The notes beneath the pieces are model-generated. The model searched no databases, was not told where the DNA came from, and saw only the letters and a program-made list of their open reading frames with translations. From IMG/VR virus record IMGVR_UViG_3300029124_000021: a stretch of 34,434 nt of DNA. The stretch is one strand, 5' to 3'. Source of the DNA: a virus. Position 1 is the stretch's first letter, and each line of letters begins with the position of its first letter. The position numbers and the translations under genes are program-made. Positions 27,280 to 34,107 of this stretch are shown here, one piece after another.

Positions 27280-27522
27280 ATGAAATTTATGAGCTTAACG
27301 CCCGAAGAAGAACGAGAAATGTATGCAGACATTAAAGTAATAAAAAGTAATTGTGCAAGATGTCTTGAATGCCAAAAAGAACACGGCGAAAGGTTAACAC
27401 AATTAGAACAAGATGTTACTATTTTGAAAGAGGATAAAAAAATAACAAGTCTTGTTTGTTCAGGTATTGGCGCACTTATTATGTGGTTGTTGAGCAATTT
27501 ATTTAGTTTTTTTAAAGGTTAG
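27280..27522 (+). CDS. XhlA-like / holin-like membrane protein (N-terminal coiled coil, C-terminal TM)
   Basis: 80 aa; ITSLVCSGIGALIMWLLSNLF TM segment; immediately upstream of the amidase, as in the PBSX xhlA-xlyA arrangement. Confidence 0.55.
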   Translation: MKFMSLTPEEEREMYADIKVIKSNCARCLECQKEHGERLTQLEQDVTILKEDKKITSLVCSGIGALIMWLLSNLFSFFKG

Positions 27523-27527
27523 ATTTT

Positions 27528-28019
27528 ATGAAACGTATAATCATTCACTGGACTGCCGGAACAAACAAACCTTGCGCTACTGATTTGGAACATTATCATT
27601 ATTTAGTTACAGGTGCCGGAGAAGTTAAAAACGGCAAATACAAGCCGGAAGATAACGAGAATTGCAATGACGGTAAATATGCACCACACACAGGCGGCGG
27701 TAATACCGGTTCAATTGGTGTAGCTATGTGCGGCATGTATGTGCCTTCAAAGGTAGACATTACACGCACTGAATACCCGTTGACAAAAGTTCAGTGTGAA
27801 AGAACATTTAAACTTTGCGCAGATTTGTGCAAGAAGTATAATATACCTATCACGCCTGATTACGTTATGACACATTATGAATTCGGAAAGAAACACCCGA
27901 AAACATCTAGCGCAGGCAAAATTGATATCATTTATCTTCCACCGTGGCAAGAAGTAGCACCCGCTAAGATAGGTGATTTTATACGAAATAAAATCAAATG
28001 GTATTATAAAAATTCATAA
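27528..28019 (+). CDS. N-acetylmuramoyl-L-alanine amidase endolysin (Amidase_2/PGRP, T7-lysozyme-like), no wall-binding domain
   Basis: IIHWTAG...HYHYLV...HTGGGNTGSIGVAMCG...THYEFGKKHPKTSSAGKIDI correspond to Amidase_2 catalytic and Zn-ligand regions; 163 aa. Confidence 0.85.
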   Translation: MKRIIIHWTAGTNKPCATDLEHYHYLVTGAGEVKNGKYKPEDNENCNDGKYAPHTGGGNTGSIGVAMCGMYVPSKVDITRTEYPLTKVQCERTFKLCADLCKKYNIPITPDYVMTHYEFGKKHPKTSSAGKIDIIYLPPWQEVAPAKIGDFIRNKIKWYYKNS

Positions 28020-28046
28020 TCATTAACTTTTTAAACTTAACTTACA

Positions 28047-28080
28047 AGCCCTATTTATAGACCGTAGGGCTTTTTATTTG
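28047..28080 (+). terminator. Terminator hairpin agcccta-N11-tagggct + ttttatttg between convergent genes
   Basis: 7-bp stem followed by a T-run after the lysin stop; overlaps the 3' end of the minus-strand gene. Confidence 0.7.
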
Positions 28081-28829
28081 CTAAGTTTTCTCAACACCTC
28101 CTGCAACATTGCACACTCTTTAGGCGGTTCAGCAACCCAAATTCTATTCTGTGCATTTCTTGCCTCTGTTTCTTTAATTTGTTGCGCATAATACCTATTA
28201 ACTGCCTCTTTTGCTTTAAAGTCCTTGATAATCTTTTCTGCAAAGCCATTGCGTTTTAAAGCTGCAATGTATGAAGTTACATTCTTAGCTCTCTTACTTT
28301 CTGCATATTCTTTTAGAATTTTAAAATCCTCAACTCTTTCAGGTTGATTAATTTGTTCCTTTATAGGTTCATGTTCATGATGTGACAAATTGTCACGGTT
28401 TGAATTGTCATTTTGTCCTAAATCTTCTGACATATTTTCAGGTGTAAAAATTTTTTCATTTTGAGGCCACTCTCCGCCAATTCTTGACGTGAAAACATAG
28501 TGATTGGTATATTTGCTCTCAATTAAAATTAACCCCTCTTTAACAAGCTCCTGAATACCTCTAACAACAGAACGCTCTGAAACTCCTATTTTTTTGGCAA
28601 GAGTTTTTTGTTTTGGGAACATATCAGGTTTATTTGGGTTATAACAAGCAGATAATTCCAACAAAACAAGTTTTGCTATTGGGGTAATATCAAATTGTGA
28701 CAAATTATTAAGTAAATAGTTTGTCAGTTTAAATTGTGAAAAGCCATGTCCAGCATGCCTTTTAACTGTGTTTTCTCTCATTTCCACATCTCCCTTTTTA
28801 AAATTTTGCACATCAACTATTGCCTTCAA
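28074..28829 (-). CDS. Winged-helix DNA-binding protein (Rep/replisome-organizer-like or regulator), first gene of the minus-strand lysogeny side
   Basis: FPKQKTLAKKIGVSERSVVRGIQELVKEGLILIE is a wHTH; 251 aa. It occupies the slot where an integrase is usually found. Confidence 0.55.
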   Translation of the reverse strand: MKAIVDVQNFKKGDVEMRENTVKRHAGHGFSQFKLTNYLLNNLSQFDITPIAKLVLLELSACYNPNKPDMFPKQKTLAKKIGVSERSVVRGIQELVKEGLILIESKYTNHYVFTSRIGGEWPQNEKIFTPENMSEDLGQNDNSNRDNLSHHEHEPIKEQINQPERVEDFKILKEYAESKRAKNVTSYIAALKRNGFAEKIIKDFKAKEAVNRYYAQQIKETEARNAQNRIWVAEPPKECAMLQEVLRKLSK

Positions 28830-28987
28830 AGGGAAACCGTGATATCATTTTGTTGTGAATTAGAATTTTTCTTTTGGGCTTTCCTTTGGAAGGTCTTTTT
28901 TATTATTTAGTTTTTTGTTAACAGCATGTAAAGATTAGCATGCCATTACTTTCTTCATGATATAGCTTGTGATAATGTTGTGTCAAG

Positions 28988-29037
28988 CGGTTATTAACCG
29001 TTGAAAATATTGTGAGTTACTGATAATAACCGGTTAT
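28988..29037. promoter_or_regulatory. Two related palindromes, cggttaTTaaccg (28988-29000) and ataaccggttat (29026-37), in the divergent intergenic region
   Basis: They share AACCG/CGGTT half-sites; the second abuts the RBS of the 29054 gene. Confidence 0.4.
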
Positions 29038-29053
29038 GAAGGAGTAATTTATT

Positions 29054-29731
29054 ATGGATAGAAAGTTAAAAGTTGCAGAGTTTGCAGCACTTTTAGGAAT
29101 TGTGCCTAAGACAGTTTATAAAATGATTGAGCGTAACGAGATAATTACCGTAACTGAAAAGGTGAATAACCGTCAAACAACGCTTGTGATAACGAATGAT
29201 GAACAGATTGAGGAATTTAGAAAAAGTTACAGTAAAAATCAGGTTAATAACGGTAATTATTACGAGAATGTTACAGAAAATGAATGTTCAGAGAGTTACA
29301 CTGAGCGAAATGAACAGGTAAAAAATAATTACGGTACTGAATTTGCCAATGAAGTAATTGATAAGATAATAACCCTAAATAACGGATACAATGAACAGAT
29401 AAACGAATACAATAACCGCTTAGAGAAAGTTAATGAGCAGTTAATCACTGCTAAGAGTAAATTATTATTACTTGAAGATAAAGCAGGACGTGAAGGCGTA
29501 TATATCAATGAAATTAACGAGTTAAGAACAGATAATAACAAGTTAAAAAAAGTTATTTACGGTTTATTTACTGTAATAGCACTTTTATTATTAATATTTA
29601 CTTGTTATTTAACTTACAATATTGTAATCTCAAGCTCAATACAATCAATTCCCGAGAAAAACTCGGCAGTTCAACAGGTTAGTCAACCGGTTAAAGAAAG
29701 TAATAAACCGGTAGTAAAAAATCCTAAATAA
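29054..29731 (+). CDS. Membrane-anchored HTH protein (Xis/MerR-like N-terminal HTH, coiled coil, C-terminal TM)
   Basis: LKVAEFAALLGIVPKTVYKMIERNEI HTH; IYGLFTVIALLLLIFTCYLTYNIVI TM near the C-terminus. Confidence 0.5.
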   Translation: MDRKLKVAEFAALLGIVPKTVYKMIERNEIITVTEKVNNRQTTLVITNDEQIEEFRKSYSKNQVNNGNYYENVTENECSESYTERNEQVKNNYGTEFANEVIDKIITLNNGYNEQINEYNNRLEKVNEQLITAKSKLLLLEDKAGREGVYINEINELRTDNNKLKKVIYGLFTVIALLLLIFTCYLTYNIVISSSIQSIPEKNSAVQQVSQPVKESNKPVVKNPK

Positions 29732-29741
29732 ACAAAATAAT

Positions 29742-30344
29742 CTATACGTTTGTTCTGATAAGGCTTACAACTCGCCCAATGATTTTAAATGTATCGTTAG
29801 GGGTAATTACTCTATTTTGATATTCTTTGTTTTCTGATTTAATAATAATCTGATCTATATTTTTGACAAGCTTTTTAATGAATAATTCATTGTTGTATGA
29901 AAATAAATAAACTTTGTCATCTATTATTTGTTCACCTTGCCAATGTTTTAAAATAACTTTATCACCATCAAATATAAGAGGATACATGGATGAACCTTCG
30001 GCAGTAATGACAGAATATGTCGCATTTGATGAATAATCTGTAATACTGTCTTTGCTTATTGATATTTTCTCGGGGCTTTCTTGAAAAACTGTACAACCAG
30101 TTCCGCAAGAGGCAAAAACATCAGGATAATAATTGAGTTCAACAGAATTATTATCACCGCCACGTAAACTTATGCCATAATGTTCTTCGATTTTTTCTAT
30201 TTCTTCGTCTGAAAAATCGGCATTACGAGCAACTCTATTGCCAATAGCAGAAGCACCAATACTTAAAACTTTACCAATTTCAGCATATGACGGCTTATAA
30301 TTTATTAAGTTTTGTAAATCTGAAAAAAGCGTTAAACTACGCAT
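29742..30344 (-). CDS. CI-like repressor with LexA-type S24 peptidase domain
   Basis: N-terminal HTH SYAEIGKVLSIGASAIGN; S24 catalytic Ser motif GSSMYPLIFDGD and a downstream Lys in FIKKL. Confidence 0.85.
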   Translation of the reverse strand: MRSLTLFSDLQNLINYKPSYAEIGKVLSIGASAIGNRVARNADFSDEEIEKIEEHYGISLRGGDNNSVELNYYPDVFASCGTGCTVFQESPEKISISKDSITDYSSNATYSVITAEGSSMYPLIFDGDKVILKHWQGEQIIDDKVYLFSYNNELFIKKLVKNIDQIIIKSENKEYQNRVITPNDTFKIIGRVVSLIRTNV

Positions 30345-30451
30345 TTATAAACCTCGTACATTAAAAGTGTAATAAAAAGCGTCGATATACACAAAAAGTG
30401 TTGACATTTTACATGTTCTGTGTTACCATGTGTCCATAAGGAAATCGGACA
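30345..30451. promoter_or_regulatory. Divergent switch region: PR-like promoter (+) TTGACA 30401-06 / TACCAT 30424-29 (17-bp spacer) and PRM-like promoter (-) TTGTGT (30389-94) / TACACT (30366-71), with ACAC-N5-GTGT and ACATG-N11-CATGT inverted repeats
   Basis: Both promoters have 17-bp spacers and their -35 elements lie back-to-back. The inverted repeats overlap the -35 and -10 regions. Confidence 0.5.
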
Positions 30452-30607
30452 ATGAAAACAGAACACATTACAATCCGCTTATCACGTGAATTGAAAGAAC
30501 AAGTCGAAGAATATGCAAGTAAGCATAAATGGACAAGAAACTTTGCAATTTGCGAGATAATTGCGAACCACTTTAATAACTATGAACTATCTGGAGATTT
30601 AAGATAG
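30452..30607 (+). CDS. Ribbon-helix-helix (CopG/Arc-like) small protein, Cro analogue
   Basis: MKTEHITIRLSRELKEQVEEYASKHKWTRNFAICEIIANHF reads as beta-strand then two helices. RBS aagga 8 nt upstream. Transcribed divergently from cI. Confidence 0.55.
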   Translation: MKTEHITIRLSRELKEQVEEYASKHKWTRNFAICEIIANHFNNYELSGDLR

Positions 30608-30855
30608 TTATTTAAAAGAAGACAAAAGGGAACTTCAATAGCTCCCCCAAATCTCCTGAATAATATTAACTCAAACAAACCCCAAAGACAATCTTTTCAT
30701 GGGTTTAGTTGTAATACAAATTTACAATAGAACATTGACAATTAAATACCATAAGACGCTAAAGATGATATATCGGCGCAGAAAAACAAGTTTTTAATCA
30801 GCTGTCAAGTAATCCTTGACAGTTGCCATAAGAACTTTAAAGAAATCTTTTCACC

Positions 30856-31073
30856 TTGCCCTGTGCAACCGTTTACACAAAAACCTCATATAAGTCTACC
30901 TGCGCAGGGCAACCTAAAGAGATTTACTGGGGAAACACTCCTTTGTGGCTAATTAACTATACGATGTAGACCAACAATTCCATTCCGTTTCCCCTTTTTC
31001 TAAAACTTTACTATCCTTTTGGGGCTACCGTAAAACTCACTGAACTTAAAAATATCACAAGCCCCTTTTTTTT
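30856..31073 (+). ncRNA. Structured non-coding leader: a 12-bp long-range stem (30856-67/30901-12), a ggggaaac/gtttcccc stem + T5 (30929-30999), and ggggct/agcccc + T8 (31021-31073)
   Basis: Inverted repeats and T tracts are visible directly; no ORF over 30 aa; GC content above the local background. Whether it is a stable RNA or a cis-acting attenuator is unresolved. Confidence 0.35.
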
Positions 31074-31102
31074 AGATTTTTACGACATAGGAGATAATAA
31101 AA

Positions 31103-31198
31103 ATGAACTTATCATTACCACTTGTCATTCAAGGAATGGCAGTTTTTGCAACGTTTTATTTTATGTTTACAAGCTTTGTAATTTTGATTGGAGGCTAA
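31103..31198 (+). CDS. Small hydrophobic peptide (31 aa, single TM: MNLSLPLVIQGMAVFATFYFMFTSFVILIGG)
   Basis: RBS aggag 9 nt upstream. First ORF after the tandem terminators; its 3' end contains the RBS of the next gene. Confidence 0.3.
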   Translation: MNLSLPLVIQGMAVFATFYFMFTSFVILIGG

Positions 31199-31201
31199 AA
31201 A

Positions 31202-31456
31202 ATGTTAGAAAATTATTGTTATCCAACAATGGATAAAGACTTATTACTCCACAAAATAAACAAAATATCAGCTAAGCTTGATGCTTATTATCAAACAATT
31301 GAACGAAACAATGTTGACATTCCCGACTTTATGAAATCAGCAGAACATCAAAGGAAAAACCTTATTAAAGCAGACATTAATAGACTGCTTAGAGAAGGAA
31401 CTCTTGATTATTACTATTTCGAATTGTTAGAGGAAGAAGATGGCATTAGAAGATAA
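31202..31456 (+). CDS. Hypothetical early protein
   Basis: 84-aa ORF with an RBS ggagg. Confidence 0.45.
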   Translation: MLENYCYPTMDKDLLLHKINKISAKLDAYYQTIERNNVDIPDFMKSAEHQRKNLIKADINRLLREGTLDYYYFELLEEEDGIRR

Positions 31457-31613
31457 TTTTCTGAATAAAGATCCCCAAAATTATCAAACAGAGCTTGAAT
31501 TTTTATTAAATTCAGGTTCACTTTCTTTTGATGATTGCGAGGCATTATTTGGAAGTAAAAAGATTACAAAAGAAGATTTTGAGTATTGCAAAGAATACTT
31601 TGAAGAAGTTTAG
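31440..31613 (+). CDS. Small acidic hypothetical protein (57 aa)
   Basis: Start overlaps the upstream gene; below the ORF-track size cut-off. Confidence 0.3.
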   Translation: MALEDNFLNKDPQNYQTELEFLLNSGSLSFDDCEALFGSKKITKEDFEYCKEYFEEV

Positions 31614-31619
31614 AAAGGA

Positions 31620-31934
31620 TTGATTATGACAAAAGAATTGAACGGCATTGTTGATGAAATGCTGGAAAACAAAGACTTGCAGGCTCAACACAAATTTGAG
31701 CTTAAACGTCTTGAGCAACAGGAAGAACTTTTGAACGTGAAACTTATCGGAGTTCTCAAAAAAATGAAAGTTAATGAAATGATTTTACCTAACTGCAAAT
31801 TCGGAATAACAACCAAAACAAGAACGGTATTTGACCAAAAACTATTCAGTCAAGAAAACCCTAAATTATTTGAAAAATATAAACTTACAAAAGAACAAGA
31901 AAAGTTTGAGTTCAAAATAGGTAATTTTGGCTAG
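31620..31934 (+). CDS. Hypothetical protein (likely ATG at 31626)
   Basis: 104-aa ORF next to the recombinase gene. Confidence 0.45.
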   Translation: MIMTKELNGIVDEMLENKDLQAQHKFELKRLEQQEELLNVKLIGVLKKMKVNEMILPNCKFGITTKTRTVFDQKLFSQENPKLFEKYKLTKEQEKFEFKIGNFG

Positions 31935-31942
31935 GAGGTAAT

Positions 31943-32062
31943 ATGAATAAATGGGAAATTTATACAGATCAAGACCTCGACAAATTGCTTAGAGATGCAA
32001 TTGAAATGCGTGATAAACGCTGGCTAAGAGCTATTAAAGCTGAAATAACTAGGAGAAATTGA
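31943..32062 (+). CDS. Small 39-aa ORF
   Basis: RBS aggagg upstream; its stop abuts the ERF start. Confidence 0.25.
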   Translation: MNKWEIYTDQDLDKLLRDAIEMRDKRWLRAIKAEITRRN

Positions 32063-32063
32063 G

Positions 32064-32657
32064 ATGAATAGATTGATTAATATACAAAGCAAATTAAAAG
32101 CTCCTAAAAATCAAAAGAATACATTCGGTAATTATTATTACCGGAGTTGTGAAGATATTTTAGAGGCGGTCAAGCCACTTTTGCAAGAAGAAAAGCTTAG
32201 TTTGGTAATATCTGATGAGATTATTAATGTCGGGACACGCTTTTATGTTAAAGCTACGGCAAAACTTTTTGATGATGCAGGGAAAGAACTTGTTAGTACA
32301 TCGGCTATCGCTAGGGAAGAAGAAAGCAAAAAAGGCATGGAGGCAAGCCAAATTACAGGTAGCACATCATCATACGCTCGTAAGTATGCCCTAAATGGTT
32401 TATTTGCAATTGATGATAATAAAGATGCAGATAATACCAATACACACGATAAAAAACCTTCAAAAACAAATCCCGATTTAGACCTTTTGCAAGGGTTACA
32501 AGCAACAGTATCAACAAATGAGGCACACAGGTATTATCAACAAAACCTAGCAAGTGCAAAGGATAATGAGGATTTTAAACAAGCTTATATGAAACATTAC
32601 AGTGTTTTAAAACGAAAGGAAGAAAAATGTCAGAAAAACAATTCGTTAAAGGATTAA
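32064..32657 (+). CDS. erf: ERF-family single-strand annealing protein (recombinase)
   Basis: KNTFGNYYYRSCEDILEAVKPLL and TSSYARKYALNGLF match ERF superfamily signatures. Confidence 0.8.
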   Translation: MNRLINIQSKLKAPKNQKNTFGNYYYRSCEDILEAVKPLLQEEKLSLVISDEIINVGTRFYVKATAKLFDDAGKELVSTSAIAREEESKKGMEASQITGSTSSYARKYALNGLFAIDDNKDADNTNTHDKKPSKTNPDLDLLQGLQATVSTNEAHRYYQQNLASAKDNEDFKQAYMKHYSVLKRKEEKCQKNNSLKD

Positions 32658-32866
32658 ATATAAAGACAAAAACAACACAATATGGCGATATTATCAAAGT
32701 AGGAATAAATGTTAGTGATTTTTGTGATAAAAATCCAATGAATGAACGAGGATATATTAACTTTGATATCAAAAAAGGAAAGTCAGAAAAATGGTATGCA
32801 GAACTTAATACATACGGACAAAAGACAGAAGAAGATCCAATCAATGAGGATGAAATACCGTTTTAA
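32627..32866 (+). CDS. Small hypothetical protein downstream of ERF (possible OB-fold/ssDNA-binding partner)
   Basis: Position only; alternating beta-like pattern KGLNIKTKTTQYGDIIKVGINV. Confidence 0.35.
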   Translation: MSEKQFVKGLNIKTKTTQYGDIIKVGINVSDFCDKNPMNERGYINFDIKKGKSEKWYAELNTYGQKTEEDPINEDEIPF

Positions 32867-32875
32867 GGAGAGTAA

Positions 32876-33658
32876 ATGAGTAAAAGATTTGTAGATACTG
32901 AACTTTGGCAAAAAGAATGGTTTCAGGATTTAAGTTTAAAACACAAGATTTTACTTAAATATCTATTTGAAAATTGCGATTGTGCAGGTATTTGGAATAT
33001 TAATTTTCGCTTAGCATCTTTCATAATCGGAGAAAAAGTTTCTCTCGATGATATTAAGCATATTAATTCTGTAAAACAACAATTCGAAATATTAGATAAT
33101 AAAAATATTTTTGTTCTTGATTTTATCAAATTTCAATATGGAACTCTTTCAGAAAATTGTAAACCTCATAAAAATGTTATAGAAAAATTAAAAAAATACA
33201 ATTTATTTGAAAGGGTATGTAAAGGGTATCCAAAGGGTATAGAAACCCTTGAAGAAAAAGAACAATACACAGAAAAAGAAAAGGATAAAGATATTTCTTC
33301 TTTGGTACTTTCTTCTTTAAACGAAAATCAAAAAATCTATGGCGAATACAACAATGTTTGCTTAACCGCTGAACAATATAACCGGTTATTAGCAAAATGT
33401 GCAAGTCAGAAATTGCTAGATGAGCTTATCGATAGTCTTTCGGCTAACATTGAAACAGGGAAGGAACAGCCCTTTCGAGCTGACTTCCCCAACGCTCATA
33501 GCATAAGACTTGAGAAGTATTTTGAATTTCGTAAAAAACATCCTGAACGCTTTAACTCAAAGCTTAAATCAGGCAATCAATTTCAAACAGATGAACAGGA
33601 AGAAATCAGAAAAATAGCTGCAGAATGGGCGAAACGAGGTGACAATGAACGTACGTGA
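32876..33658 (+). CDS. Replisome organizer / replication initiator-like protein
   Basis: Position after the ERF module and in-gene iterons; N-terminal WQKEWFQDLSLKHKILLKYLFENCDCAGIW region. Confidence 0.55.
   Translation: MSKRFVDTELWQKEWFQDLSLKHKILLKYLFENCDCAGIWNINFRLASFIIGEKVSLDDIKHINSVKQQFEILDNKNIFVLDFIKFQYGTLSENCKPHKNVIEKLKKYNLFERVCKGYPKGIETLEEKEQYTEKEKDKDISSLVLSSLNENQKIYGEYNNVCLTAEQYNRLLAKCASQKLLDELIDSLSANIETGKEQPFRADFPNAHSIRLEKYFEFRKKHPERFNSKLKSGNQFQTDEQEEIRKIAAEWAKRGDNERT
33213..33240 (+). repeat. Three direct repeats of aaaGGGTAT at 11-bp spacing (iteron-like), plus a partial inverted copy agaaaccctt
   Basis: GGGTAT at 33213, 33224 and 33235 inside the replication gene. Confidence 0.45.
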
Positions 33659-34046
33659 GTTTTTAAATGAAATGCTTTTTTACTTCCCTCTAAAACGGAA
33701 TAAAGAAGATCTTGAAAAGCTTTTTGAAATCTATGTTAATGATATCCTCTTTTCAATCGCACAATACAAAGACTATGAATGTGATTATAAGACTTTGTTA
33801 CAACTAATTCGTTGTAACAGAACTTATACAAACTTCCCCCCTGTTGCGGAAATTATAAAAGATATTCCAAAAGCATTAAAGTTAAAACCTATAACACCTG
33901 AATATTCAGGACATGAAGGAGAAGTTGTTAAACGGATTTTAAACGGGGTTGAATACGAGTTTACAGTAGTTCCCAATCATTGGAATAAGGTCAAAACCGT
34001 TTCAGAAATAGACAAAGAGATATCACAACGACAAAAAACAGTATAG
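33639..34046 (+). CDS. Hypothetical protein (likely start MNVREF at 33645)
   Basis: 135-aa ORF overlapping the end of the upstream gene. Confidence 0.4.
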   Translation: MTMNVREFLNEMLFYFPLKRNKEDLEKLFEIYVNDILFSIAQYKDYECDYKTLLQLIRCNRTYTNFPPVAEIIKDIPKALKLKPITPEYSGHEGEVVKRILNGVEYEFTVVPNHWNKVKTVSEIDKEISQRQKTV

Positions 34047-34107
34047 CTTTGAACAATAACAAAAATAATTCATACACATTTTAAGTGAGTATTTATAAGG
34101 AGAAATT

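Noticed and set aside
30856-31073. tRNA, tmRNA fragment or attP core in the structured region
   Set aside because: I could find no cloverleaf, T-loop (GTTCRANYC) or CCA-adjacent acceptor pattern. There is also no integrase to use such a site.
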